This document shows positions 11,830 through 24,391 of a stretch of DNA of 38,657 nt, piece by piece. Under the pieces are notes generated by a model. That model made no database searches. It saw only the letters and a list, made by a program, of their open reading frames with translations, and was not told the origin of the DNA. Within the stretch, counting starts at the first letter, position 1. The number at the start of each line of letters is the position of its first letter. Position numbers and translations under genes: made by a program. The stretch is taken from the NCBI RefSeq assembly GCF_004010195.1, contig NC_057758.1, positions 8,352,956 through 8,391,612 of the forward strand. Reading direction: 5' to 3'. Source of the stretch: Chiloscyllium plagiosum. Its lineage: Eukaryota.

Positions 11830-12540
11830 GAAACTCACAACGATCTTGTGAAGTTGGCCAGGTGTCGGCCATTCAGCCTCTTATGCCTGGTCGACCATTT
11901 AACTTAATCATAGCTGACGTAATTTAGATCACAATTCCACTTCCATGCCAGTTCCCTTTGACTAATTGCTCATTAAAGGGATGTCAATATCCTTCTCAAA
12001 TGCAATCAGTGCCCGAATACCCACTGCACTCTGGAAGAGTATACTCCACGAATTCAAAACCCATTAAAAAACGATGTACTCACCACCGACTTTAAAAATT
12101 TGTTTCCCATTCGAGCAAAAACACCACCTATCCTTCTAGATCGCCTCAAAAGGTGAAACATTGCCTCCCAGCTTACTTTGTCCGTCTGACTTAGCATTTT
12201 CCGAACCAAAAATGGGACTCCTCTGATTGTTGTAAAGTCCAGCGTATATGCAGTTGTACTCCCCTAAAGCTCCTTGCGAGAAAAGCCTGTCATTTCTGAT
12301 TGAGTGAATCCCCCTCTTTAGTGCTTCCCATGTAATCACATCCTTGATCTATGAAGAGAAGCACAACTGAGCACAATACTGCAGGTGCAGTCTCACAAAT
12401 GTCTTCTACAGATAAAGCAACGTTTCCCTCCTTTTATGGTTCTTTTTCAACAATGAACGCTAGAAATTGCAATTTCCCTAATTATTACCTGTTGTACCTT
12501 CACACAAGTAGTCTGCGATTCATGGTATCAAGGTGATATT
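11830..12540 (-). mobile_element. Old CR1 LINE 3' end
   Basis: gccattcagcctc...accatttaac...atcatagctga tail and cacaatactgcaggtgcagtctcac (reverse of an RPHLEYC-type motif). Confidence 0.6.
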
Positions 12541-12784
12541 TGAATTCTATGAAGGACTAGAAGGAAATGCTCATCTCATCATGACCCTTTAATTATTGTC
12601 AGCAATTAAAATAAAAACTATTCCAATCAGTTTATATGTTTGACCGAATGAATTGATGTGTTATTCGGCTACCTTGGTTTATCAGTGAAGTATGTAAGCA
12701 GTGGTATCGATTGCAAACATCCTACAAGACAGAGACCAGATCAGTAAAGGGCAAACAATCTTTTTGAAGACTTTACTTTTCTGT

Positions 12785-13810
12785 ACTTCACACATGGGAC
12801 ACGTGCGTCGCTGGCCAGTCCAACATTTATTGCCCGCCCCTGGTTACTCAGTGTCAGAACATTTCTGAAATCTTGTAGTCCATTTCCTTGGCGAGGGATT
12901 TTCAGGAATTGATGCAGCGACAGTAAAGGAAAGATGATATATTTCCAAGTCTAGCTGGTGAGTGACTCAGTGAGGAAATTGTGAAAAATATGCTTTCAGA
13001 TAATTGCTGCAGTGTGTAAAGCGGTCATTTGGCCCAACAAGTCCACACTGACTCTCTGAAGCGTGCCACAACTGGACTTGCTTTCCTACTCGATATTTAC
13101 CAAACGTAATGCAATTACTCTACACATCCGTGAACACCATGGTCAATATAGCATGGCTAATTCACCCAAAGTACAACATACTTGGACTGTGGGAGGAAAG
13201 CGGAGCACCCAGACGGGACACACACAAATGCAGGGACACTGTGAAAAATTCACACAAACAGTCGCCCAAGCCGGAAGTGGAACTCGACCACCTTGCACGA
13301 TAAGGCACCAGTACTTACCATTAAGCCATCATGCCGCACCCTTGCGTTTCGATGTATCTGCTGCCTGTGTCCTTCTTGATTTTACTGATCGTGGGTTTGT
13401 TTGGTGTTACAGTGTAGATAGTACTCACTGCTGTCTTATGTTGGATGAGAGGACCTGTGTGAATGCAGTGCCAGTTAAGGAGTAGTGTTAAGATGTATAG
13501 AGGAGTCTCCGTTTTGTTGGGTTTGAACAAATTCAAGCAAGTGGCGAGTATTCCAATACACACCTGACTACTTGTGCCTTGTAGATAGTGAACAGAATTT
13601 GGGAAGGATTCAGGAGGGAAGGCATTCTCTGCAACGTTCCTCGACACCAACCTGATGTCGTTATTCTTCATGATAGTCGACTGCTGAGTCAGTAATGTGA
13701 AGAGTATTTAAGATTACTATCCTGGAAACAAGGATTTAACGATAAGGCAGGGCAATGATAATGTGAACGATCTTATTGGCAGAAAAACAGAGCATAAAGG
13801 AAGGGAAGAG
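12785..13810 (-). mobile_element. Decayed LINE of a second family (CR1/L2 group, Crack-like): ORF2 C-terminus and 3' end, split by a SINE
   Basis: The minus frame at about 13530-13610 reads PSQILFTIYKAQVVRCVLEYSPLA*, an IYKAQVRSxMEY-type motif unlike the HER1-like copies. It is interrupted at 13010-13340. Confidence 0.65.
13010..13340 (-). mobile_element. tRNA-derived V-SINE (HE1-like), full length and diverged
   Basis: Minus strand has an A-box tggcttaatgg, a B-box-like gagttccactt, the V-domain gggtgctccgctttcctcccacagtccaag, and a CR1-like tail gtgtggacttgttgggccaaa. Confidence 0.85.
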
Positions 13811-13812
13811 AA

Positions 13813-14890
13813 TGACTCAAAGGAGGACCACTTCCACGAGAGAACACACCAGTTGGTATCCTTCTTTGAAGACTGTAATTTCCCAACTTACGTGGTTGAA
13901 GATGCCCTTCAACGCATCTCATCCACGTCCCGCACTTAGTGCTCAATCACCAACCTTCCAACAATAACAAGGACAGAACCACCCTGTCCTCACCTTCCAC
14001 CCCCACCAACCTCCACATCAACCGTATCATCTGCTGGCATTTCCGTCACCACAAACAGACCCCACTACCAGGATATATTTCCATACCCACTCCAATCTGC
14101 TTTCTGCAAATACCTTTCTCTCCTGAATACCTAATCAGGTCCATGTCCCTCTACATACAATCCTTCCCCCCACCACCTTCCACTGCCACTGCAGGCATTG
14201 CAAAATTGCAACACCTCCCCCTCACCTCGATCCAAGGCACCAAAGGAGCCTGGCACATCCATCAAAGTTTCACCTGCACTTCCACAAAGGTCATTTATTG
14301 CATCAAATGCTCCCGATGTCGTCTCCTTTTAATTGGGGAGACTGGACGCCTTCTCACAGAGCGCTTCAGGGAACATCTCCGGGACACCTGCAGCAATCAA
14401 CCCCACCGAGGACATGAAGGTCGTGGGCCTCCTCCACCGCCACTCACTCACCACGCGACGCCTGAAGGAAGAACGCTTTACCTTCTGCCTCAGTATCCTT
14501 CAAACCCAGGGCATCAATCTGACTTTCACCAGTTTCCTCAATTCCCCTCCCCACCTGTCCCTAGTTCCTAACCTCCAGCTCAGCACCATCCTCATGACTT
14601 CTCCCACCTGTCAATCTTTCTTCCCACCCCTCCGTTCCATCCTCCGCTCCAACCTATCACATTTACCCCTTCTCCATCCACTTATTGCACTCTCAACTCG
14701 CTTCTCCCCAGCCCCACGCTCTCCCATTTATCTCTTCATGCCCGAGGCTTTCAGCCTCATTCCTGATGAAGGGCTCCTACCGGAAATGTCGATTTTCCTG
14801 CTCCTCGGATGCTACATGACCTGCTGCGCTTTTCCAACACCACTCTAATCTTGACTCAAATCTGCAGCAACTGCAGTCGTCACTTTTGCT
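13813..14890 (+). mobile_element. 5'-truncated Penelope-like element: RT C-terminus, GIY-YIG endonuclease and 3' tail
   Basis: FHERTHQLVSFFEDCNFPTYVVEDALQR, then FTCTSTKVIYCIKCSRCRLLLIGETGRLLTERFREH (GIY-YIG with CxxC), and TLQ-like ILQTQGINL. The pyrimidine-rich tail has CTGATGA..GAAA at 14763-14786. Frameshifted. Confidence 0.9.
14758..14795 (+). ncRNA. Degenerate minimal hammerhead ribozyme motif
   Basis: attc-CTGATGA-agggctcctaccg-GAAA-tGTC-gatt: core boxes are intact but stems II and III are mutated. Confidence 0.5.
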
Positions 14891-15334
14891 ACAGGTGTAG
14901 ATTCACCGAGTCTGAAAATCCAAACTGACAAAATATAATTTGAGGGAATGTGAGTTTCTGCAGTTATTAGAAGGTGGAATAGAGGAACTGTATACCACTT
15001 AAATGGAGAACTGCATGGTTGAATGCCACTACATTGCAGTTAATTTATTTACAGCTCTCTGCTTTCGAATTCTGTCCATGAAATAATCTACAGTCACCGC
15101 ATTTGATTCTTTTCGCCCCATGCCAACACTACCCACAGCTTCATAGTGATTCACTGTTTTGTTAACTGCATTTTCTACTTCCGAAACCCTGGATGACACA
15201 TTGGAAGACAATTTCCCTTTTACAATGCAATTTTTATTTTTCAATATGTTTGTCCTGCGTCAATAATTAACACAGATCAATTAGTAAAAAGGGAACCAAT
15301 TGCGAATATCATAAATCAAAAACTTAAATAGAAG

Positions 15335-15420
15335 CTTTTTGAAAAGCTGAGCAGGCTTGACAACATCTATGAAGAGAAATCAAAGTTAACGTTTCAGGTC
15401 CGGTGATCCTGACTCAGAAC
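15335..15420 (-). repeat. Penelope-tail fragment in the GPCR intron
   Basis: Minus strand gttCTGAgtcaggatcaccggacctGAAACGTTaac is a hammerhead-like remnant. Confidence 0.5.
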
Positions 15421-15501
15421 AAGTTTTCTAAATCCTCATTCGAACTGATTATATTTTCTAGCCGGATGTACTCTCACCGTGTGTATTTCACATCCTCACA
15501 G

Positions 15502-16399
15502 TTAACTTAATCACAATTAGGATCCTGAATCACGGAGGGTGCGGTCTCTCGAATTGCATCACAACTTACCTGATCGCCATGGCAGCTTCAGATCTCCTGG
15601 TAATTATTCTCGATCTGATTTTGAGGCACTTGCCGACCCTTTATCCAAGAACATTTTATGCATTGCTGGAACTGCCATATGTAACGTCCATGCTGTTCTG
15701 CTTTATGCAGTAACTGACTGCTCTGTGTGGTTCATGGCCGCATTTACCTTTGATCGATTTGTGGCGATTTGTTGCCAGAAACTGAGAAATAAGTATTGCG
15801 TTGTGAAAACAGCGACCATAGTTCTGGGAACAGTGACTGTGGTGAGCATCTTAAAGTATATTTTGTGGTACTTTGCCTTAACGACTAAGTATCTACACAT
15901 GAACTTCCCGTGGTTTTATGTTACAATGGATTACGTTCAGACCTCTCCGGTCTGGGTATCAACCGAGTTCCTGCACAACATACTAACATCATGTATTCCA
16001 TTTCTTCTGATTTTACTGTTCAACATCTTCACAGTCAGACACATTTTAGTGAGCAGCAAATTCCGCAGGCGACTGCGATCATCCAGCAATAATAAAAGTC
16101 ACAAAGACACAGAGATGGAGAGTCGATGGAGATCCATCATTTTGCCCCTAGCCATTTGCGTGAACTTTATCTTGTTATGGTCAACTTTAACGATTTATTC
16201 TGTTTGGATGTGGATCTTTAATTTAGGTTTCAGATCTGTGTTAATGCCTTATTATATGCAATAACTGGGTTTCATGTTGCAGCTCCTGAGCTGCTGCACT
16301 AACACGTGTGTCTATGTCGTGACCCAGAGTAAGTTCAGAGAGCAGCTCAACAATATGCTGAAATATCGCTTAACCCTCATTCTTCAATGTCTGCAATGA
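15502..16399 (+). pseudogene. GPR139/GPR142-like GPCR main coding exon (end of TM1 to TM7 and C-terminus), disabled
   Basis: Acceptor catcctcacAG at 15500-15501, phase 1. Reads (V)NLITIRILNHGGCGLSNCITTYLIAMAASDLLVIILDLILRH, then a 1-nt frameshift at about 15675-15679. Continues CNVHAVLLYAVTDCSVWFMAAFTFDRFVAICC...DTEMESRWRSIIL, with in-frame TAA at 16262-16264, then LGFMLQLLSCCTNTCVYVVTQSKFREQL to TGA 16397-16399. Confidence 0.9.
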
Positions 16400-16554
16400 G
16401 AGGAGAAAAACATTTCTAGAGGGGTGCCAGTGTTTGGCAATGGTTTTTGATAACTGCTTCGTTTATAAACATCGTTTTAACATCGTTTATAAAGTTCCAG
16501 AACATTTTGCAGTTTTTTTTAATCAACTACAATACTTACGGTCACTTCTTACAT

Positions 16555-16765
16555 AACAGCATAAGAACTAGAAACTGGTGACGCAATTCTGGCCCTTGAA
16601 GCTGTTCCACCATTTAATGTGATCAAGGCTGATCTTATCGAGGCCTCAATTCCACTATTTTGCCTGTTTTCTGCAACACTTTAATCTATTGCTGATTATA
16701 CATTTATCCATGCACACTTTAATTTACTCATTGTTACGTCTTCTCACCACATTCAAGCAGTGTGA
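16555..16765 (-). mobile_element. CR1 3'-end fragment
   Basis: cataagaactagaaactgg...ccaccatttaatgtgatcaaggctgatc tail pattern. Confidence 0.55.
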
Positions 16766-16769
16766 ATTC

Positions 16770-19700
16770 CACAAAAAAAAGAACACAAACGCAGTACAGG
16801 CCCTATGAACCTCGATGTAGCGCCGACGTATCCAACCAATCTGAAGTCTATCTTTACGACACTATTATATTTTCATCCATATGTTTATCGAATGAGCATT
16901 TAAATGCAATAATGTTGGTGAGTCAACTACTCTTGCATCGGGGCTTCCCTCGTGCCCACTCATGCTTGAGGTAAGAATCTATCTCTGATATCTATCCTGT
17001 CTTGCACCTGTATATTTATAGCTTTGTCACGTCGTGCTCGCCATCACCATCTGAGGTGAAAGGCTCTCACTGTCCACCCTTTCTAACCTACTAATTATCT
17101 TATGTGTCTCAATTAAGTCACGTCTCACCCTTCTTCTGTCTAACGAAAACAGCCTCAAGTCCTCAGACTTTCGTGCTAAGAGCTTCCCTTCTTACCAGTC
17201 AACTTGTTATTAAATCTCTTCTGATCTCTTTCAAAAGGTTCCATATCTTTCCTATAATGCAGTGACCATAATTATCCAAGTACGGCCCCACCAGAGTTTT
17301 CTACAGTTGCAGCATATCCTCATGGTTCCGCAAATCAATCCCTCCAAAAATAAAAGCTAGCGAACTGTATGATTTTTTTAACAAACCCAACAACTTGGGT
17401 GGCAACTTTCAAGGGTCTGTGTGCATGGACAACGAAATCAATTTTCCAAATTTCCAAGAATGTTACCATTAGCTCAGTACTCATTACTACAGCAGCTGGT
17501 TGCAAAGTGAATCACCTTTCCACATTAAACTCTCCTGCCACCTCTCAGTCCAGGCTCTGCAGCTTATCTATGTCCCTTTGTAAACTGCAACATCCTTCAA
17601 CATCATCCAAAACCACACCGGCATCAGTGTTATCTGCAAATTGAATAACCCATCCTTTCTCGTCCTCATTGAGGTCCTTTAGAAAAATGACAGATAGCAA
17701 ACGCACCAAAACAGATCGTTGCGGTACGCTACTAGTAACTGACCTCCAGGATGAACGTTCCCCATCAACCAACGCCCTCTGTTTTCTTTCACATGTCAAT
17801 TTCTTATCCAAACAGCTAAATCACCTTTAACTCATGCCTCCATATGTTGCACAACAGTCTACCATGGAGAACCTTATCAAACGCCTTACTGAAAGACATA
17901 TACATGACACCAAACGCTTTACCTTCTTCCACCTGTTTGCACACCAGCTCAAAGAAATCAATAAAATCTGTGAGGCATGAAATTGCCTTCAGACAACCGT
18001 ATTGACTTTTCCAAATCAACTCCTTCCTCTCTACATGATTACAAATCCTAACTTTTATAACCTTTTGTAACGCTTTACACACAACTGAAGTAAGTTTCAT
18101 TAGTCTATCATGACCAGGATTGTCACTTCTTGAACAAGGGAGAAACATTTACTATCCTCCAGACTCCTGGTAGTATTCTTGCCGAGAATGACGACATAAA
18201 GTTCAAAACAATCGACTGAGGAAAAACCTCACGGACTTCCAGAGATGTCTATGATAGATCCCATCTGTTAGAAGGGATCCATCTCTTTTCGCACTCTCCA
18301 GAATTGGAAACATCTCTTCCATGTGAACTTCAATCCCGTCTCGGGTAATAGCCTGTATGTTAATATTCTCCTCTACAACATTGTCTTTTTCCTTTTTGAA
18401 TACGGAGGAAAAATATTCATTTCGCGCTTCCCTAGTCTCCTTGGACTCCACACCCAACCTCCCACGACTGTCTTCATTAGCCTTAAGCTTTCTCTCGTCA
18501 TTGGTTTTTCCTGATTTACCTACAACGAGGTTTAGAGTTGCCCTTGGTCATGTCTGCCAATGACTTCTTAAGTACCCTCCTGGCTCTTCTTAGCTCTCTC
18601 TTTAGCTCACACTTGGGGAACTTCTAACGGTCAAGCGCCCTAACTAAGCCTTCATGTCTCATCCTAACATAATTCTGCTTCTTTTTAACAAGAGATTCAA
18701 CTTCTTTAGTAAACTACGGCTCCCTGTCTGACAGGTACATACCTATCAAGGACACACAGGAGTGGCTACTTGAATGAGCTTCACATTTCAATGCAGTTTC
18801 CTTTCATCCTGTATACCGTAAATCTTACCTAATCTCATCTTACTAGCCTTTATCTCAGCAATAACTCTTTCCCTGCCTTATATACCAAGCCCTTTCCATC
18901 TCGAAAGTTAATATATTCGAATTATGGTTACTATCACCGCAGTGCCCACCAAACTCCAAATCTAACACCTGGCCTGGTGCATTACCCTGAACCAAATTCA
19001 ATGTAGCATCGCCCCTTGTAGGCTTGTCTACATGCTGTGTCAGGAAACCATGCTGCACACAGTGGACAAAAAATCACCAACCTAAAGTACTCGAACTGCA
19101 TTTTTACAAGTCAATATTTGTAAATTTAATTGCATCCATAACAACCACAATGTTACTCTCAATCCTATCCAGAATTATCTTTGTTATACTTTGTTTTACA
19201 TCTCTGGAAATATTCCGAGCCATGGAGAAAAGGTTTGACTTCTCCTTTCCTGTTTGTTACCTCACTCCATACTACTGCAGTAGACGAGTTCTCAAACGTC
19301 CTCATTGTCAGTGTAGTCCTGTCCTTAGTGGATAATGCCACACTGCCCCTTTTTTTTACGATCCTCTCTGTTCTTACCGAAACATCTAAATACCGGAACC
19401 TAAAACAATCATCCCGGTCTCGGCTCTCTCCATGTCTCCGAAATGGCGACATCATCGAAGTCACAAGTACCAAACAATGGTGCCATTCACTTCTTTTCCG
19501 GATCCTCCAAATGTTGAAGTAGACACAGTTCAAACCACCGTCATGCTTGCTGGTGCACTCTTGCGACTTTGAAACCTCATTTCTGACCTCAATTCTCACA
19601 ACCTCCTGGATATTGGAACTATAATTTAAATTTCCATTCCTCTGCTGAATTAGTTTAAACCCTCACATTACAATGTTCACCTCCAGGATACTGGTACCCC

Positions 19701-20160
19701 ACTGGTTCATGTGAAGACTATCCTGTTTTTAGAAGTCTCACCTATCCCAAAATAAGCCCCAATTACCCAGACATCTGAAAACCTCCCTCCTGCACCATCC
19801 CAATAGCACGGGTTCAACTCATCTCGCTCACTATTTCTCTCTTCGCTAGCATGTGGCAGGGGCAAAAAAAGATAACAATTCTGTTTGTTGTAGCATTAAG
19901 CTTCCACCTGACACCCCTGAATTTCTGCCATAAAACCCGATCCCTTTTCCGACCTATATCGTTAGTAACTATGTGGACCACTACTTAGGGTACTCCCCTT
20001 CCCCCTCAAGGATGTCGAAAACTTGATTGAGACATCACGAACGCTGGCACCTGGCAGGAAACACACTACAAATGAGACTCTCTCTTTTTCACAGAAGCAG
20101 CTATCTGTCTCTCAGACTATGTAATCCTGAATGAATAATGGTATGCTCATCTCCTCCCTA
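16770..20160 (-). mobile_element. Near full-length decayed CR1 LINE (ORF1 esterase, AP endonuclease, RT, 3' UTR)
   Basis: LNCVYFNIWRIR (EN start), FLTQHVDKPTRGDATLNLV..DSNHN (EN end), NEYFSSVF, YMSFSKAFDKVLH, VTSSVPQRSVL and FADNT. The ORF1 remnant QDSLHMN is at about 19700. Confidence 0.92.
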
Positions 20161-20164
20161 TTCA

Positions 20165-21380
20165 TGAGGTAGCTATCGTAATATGTGATCCATCCTCCCA
20201 TCAGTCCCCTGCTCGACGCTCCAGCTCTTTCTACTGCTGAAACGAAAATGGAGGGCCGCGACCCTCGAGGTAAGTTCGCTCAATCCATTGAGAAAACAAT
20301 TCCGACTCATCTTTTCTAAATCTGCTCGCCTTTATCCTAATACTATAATCTCTCGCTCTAGATTGCCCCTCTGCTTTGCCTTTGCCAATCATCTTTCGCA
20401 TCATACCATCGTTACTTAAACCTCCTCTCATTCTTCGAAACTGCAGCGAACGTTTAGCCCCAAACAGCTCAATATGTCTCCATAAGCCAAGGACATTTCA
20501 TCTGGACTAGATCTGGTGAAATTATGCTGAACTTCCACCAATGCAGTAACAATCTCTCAAGGGAAATATAAAAATGTTACGCTGTACTGCAGACGTGAAA
20601 ACACCAATGCCTTGAGCAGTTGAATCAACACTTCCCTGCTGCTAATATTACCGTACTTGAACAGTAACTGCAAACATTCCATTTGCCATCGTATTACCTG
20701 CTTTTCCAACCTCTGAGCCGTCTGGTCATATGACGTTTTCCAATTCAAATAATTCTCAAGAGGGAAGTGAGAAGGCTCATTTGAAACAAAAGATAAATGC
20801 TTCTACAGAAAAGAGACATGAAGTCCATAGCTTTCCAAAGCTCATTGATGTTGCCAACCTCGAAAGAATAATTCATGAAAGATGGCTGTCATCAAGTTCC
20901 TGCCTTTTTTGCATCACAATTGACTCCCTGATCTCTCTGAACTCTACCTTTCTCAGGCTCCTAGACATTGAGTGATTCAGACTGCAGTCCTTGTTCGATT
21001 GGGAGAAGATGTGTGCAGAGATGTCAGAACATTCCCGTCCTCCAGAAAACGAGATATATTCCCATTATCATCTCATGTTGTAAATCGACTCTTTCAAAGC
21101 AGTTCATCTCTCAAATGTCTTGTCACGCAGCTTTCATGCATTATTAAATCAGATCATCACTAAGCCTCGTGAAGTCTATTGGGTGTGAAGCAAAACTCTT
21201 CACCTTCTCATCTGGAATTCAAAACACGGCCGTTTCCTTCCGAAGGGACCTTATGCAAGTATGCATTCAGCCCTTTTGATAAAATTTGGTGATTTTCCAA
21301 ATACTTATCCACTCTTTTGGGTGAAGCACCAACGTTGTGTTTATTTTTACAATTGCTCTGCAGATTGCAGTTATTTGAAA
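20165..21380 (-). mobile_element. Two old CR1-type 3' fragments (about 20165-20720 and 20880-21380)
   Basis: The minus frame has SREVLIQLLKALVFSRLQYSVTF and RDYSIRIKASRFRKDE, typical of ORF2 C-termini. The second piece is weaker. Confidence 0.55.
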
Positions 21381-24023
21381 AACCGACCGACTCCGAATAT
21401 TCCAAAACATTTATGATCTAGTGGGAATTCAGTCTATGGCTTCTGCTGATAAGGTGGTCTTGCTACCCCTGCACAACAATAAGAGCTCAGAGATGAATGA
21501 CGTCACTGAACGTAGTAATAGAGTGGTGAAACTATGAGAATTTTGAATCAAATTCTTCGTGTGTGATGTGAGACACATCCAGCACATGCGGAACGCCCAC
21601 CCAGGCTTGCAGAAAAAAATCAAACATAGATGATAGAACTGTGTAGCGAAGTACAGGGCCTTTGGACACGATATTGTGCCAAGCATTTATCTTAAACTGA
21701 GATCAACCTAGCCAACACATCCCTCAATTCACTGCCATCCATGTCACTTTTAATTCCCTAATGTCTCTAACTCTACTACAATGGCCGGCAGTGCATTCCA
21801 CACACCCACCACGCTCTGCATAACCTACTCCTGACGTCCCCCTCTACCCTCCTCTCATCATCTGGACATTGTGATACCCCGTGACAGTTATTTCTGCCGT
21901 GAAGATAAGCCTTCGGCTGTCGCCTGTAACTATGCAAGTCACCACCTTGTACACTTCTATCAAGTCACCTCTCTTCCTTCATCTCTCCAATGTCAAAAGT
22001 CCTAGCTCACTCGACCACTCTTCAGTCGACAAACCCACAAATCCAGGCAGCATCCTGGCAAAACACTACATTACTCTTACTAAAACATGGACATCCTTCC
22101 GATAATGGCATGACCAGAATTGAATATAAGTTTCCAAGTGTAATCTATCGAGTTTTATGTAGAGTTGCAGCAAAAACGTGCGGCTTTTAAACACAATCCC
22201 CCAATTAATGAGAGTCAAAAAAGAAACATCACAAGCCTCATTAACACATTTACCCTCTTGGGTGTAAACTTTGAGGCATCTATTAACGTGGACCCCAAAA
22301 ACTTGCTGCTCATCCACATTGCCAAGAACCCTATCTTTACGGCTGTCAAGATATTCAAACTTCCAAAATGAATCACTTCACATTCGTTCATGTTGAACTC
22401 CATGTACCAATAGTCATCCCAGCTCTGCATCCTGTCAATGTCTTATTGTAGCCTGCAAGAGCCAGCGACACTGCATACAACATCACCGAACTTTGTGTCA
22501 TCGGAAAATGTACTAACTCACCTTCCACTTCTTCATCCAAGTCATTTATCGAGAAATTCCGAAGTGCAGAGGCGCAAGAAAAAAAATCCTTTTGCGTCAC
22601 CACGCGGAATATTCCCATCCACTAACGTTTGCTGTCTTCTTTCGGTCAGCTACTTCTATATGCAGACAACCAAATCTCCCTGTTTCCCATACCTCCTAAC
22701 TGTCTGAAAGAGCTTACCATGCAGAACCTTATCAGATGCCTGACTGAAATCCATACGCATTGCATCCATTGCTCGACCTTCGTCAATGTGTCTCATCATA
22801 TCCTCAAAGAACCTAATAAGTCTTGTGAGGCATGAAGCTGCCCATCACAAAGCCATGCTGACTTTCTTTAATCAAACTATGTTTTCCCAAGTAATCATAA
22901 ATCCGACCTCTCAGAATCATTTATCGTACCTTGCTTGCCATAGACCTAAGACTGCCAGTTCCATAATTCTCAGAGATTTCTCTATTCCCTTTCTTGAAAA
23001 AGGACAACAGTCGCCTCCCTCCAATTAGTTGGAACTAACGCCGTTAACATTAAGGATACAACGATCATCGCTAGAGGCGCTGCAATGTCATTGCTCGATT
23101 CCCTTATTAACCTTTGGATAAATTCTACTAACCTTGGAAATACCTGTTCCACCCATGTCGACTTATCAATCTTGATGTTTCCCAGAATTTCCAACACATC
23201 AACTTTCTTAACATCAATCTGTTCAATCCCATTAATCTGGTCCATGGTGTTCTCACGATCAAGCAGTGAATACGGAAGCAAAAAAAAACTTATTTAGGGC
23301 TTCTTTTATCTCATCACACTCCAGGAGCAAGTTCCCTCCACTATTCCTGATTGGTCCTACCAATCTCTGATCATTCGATTATTCCTCACGGAAGTGCAGA
23401 AAATCTTCGTTTTTTTCTTAATTGTTACCGCCAAGGCTTTTTCGTACCCCTCCTAGCTGTGCCACATCCCTGCTTCCTCACCCTTAAGTAAGCTTCCTTC
23501 TTCCCCTTGACGAGAAACTCCTCTTCTCTTGGCATCCAAGGCTAGTTCAACTTACTATTTATCTCCTGGCTCATTTTGATAAGCTATCCAAAATTCGCGA
23601 TCAGTGCTCCTTAAAGTATACACATTTTGATTGAGTATTTCCCGTAGAAGATTTTATTCCCAGCTTATACGGCACACCTCATGTCTAATAGCTAGAAAGC
23701 ACCCAATGAATTGACTGCTCCATTTCTGTTATTGACGTCGACCCATAGTGACTCAGTGGATAAACCTTCCTCAACAAATTTCTTTTCTGCAGCTGTGATG
23801 CACTCTCCAATTATCAAAGATACTTTCACTTCAATTTCAACCCACACCCTGTTCTTCTTGAAATATTTAAACCCTGGAACATCCAGCAACTGTGCTTGTC
23901 AGTGTGAAATCCATGTCTCTATTGAGACCATGACATCATTATTCCAAGTGGTTATCCGTTCTCTAAGTTCATCACTCTCATTCCTGACACTCCTTGCATT
24001 GAAACAGACACACTTTAACTCAT

Positions 24024-24391
24024 CTAAATGTGTGGCTACGAAGGATAGCTGGTCATGTCGTTTCGTTTCAGATGACAATCAACATGAGTTCGACTGGGAC
24101 AACACTACTATTATAGGATAAGCCAAACAGAGAACAGCCAGGGAATTCCTAGAGGCATGGCACTCATCCACAGATTCAATAAATAAACACATCGACCTGG
24201 ACCCAATATACTGACCACTGCAACGGACAGCTGGAACTGACAACCGGAAGCGGCAGAGACAAACCACTATAAATGCCGAAGGAAACATCACAGAAGCGCT
24301 TCCCAGGAGGCTCCCAAGCACTGAGGATGTCACCTAGACAGGGGACGAAACGTCTGCAAAACAAATTCCCAGCTCGGCGAACAGAACCACA
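24024..24391 (+). mobile_element. Penelope-like element 3' fragment with 14-bp target-site duplication
   Basis: HEFDWDNTTIIG*AKQRTAREFLEAWHSSTDSINKHIDLDPIY is the GIY-YIG C-terminus. It is flanked by acactttaactcat (24010-24023) and acacttaaactcat (24392-24405). The uninterrupted CR1 site is visible at about 36920-36945. Confidence 0.9.
24318..24357 (+). ncRNA. Minimal type I hammerhead ribozyme
   Basis: GCA-CTGAGGA-T-GTCaCCT(agac)AGGgGAC-GAAA-C-GTC-TGC. Core CUGANGA/GAAA/UH is intact, stem I is GCA/UGC, and stem II has 6 bp. Predicted cut is after C24354. Confidence 0.8.

Noticed and set aside
15539..15679. N-terminus MRSLELHHNLPDRH of the 241-aa ORF as a real start
   Set aside because: Wrong frame. 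The receptor TM1-TM2 sequence is in another frame upstream of the frameshift.
21498..21505. Perfect CRE palindrome TGACGTCA
   Set aside because: A single 8-mer is expected by chance in 38 kb, and no linked gene is visible.
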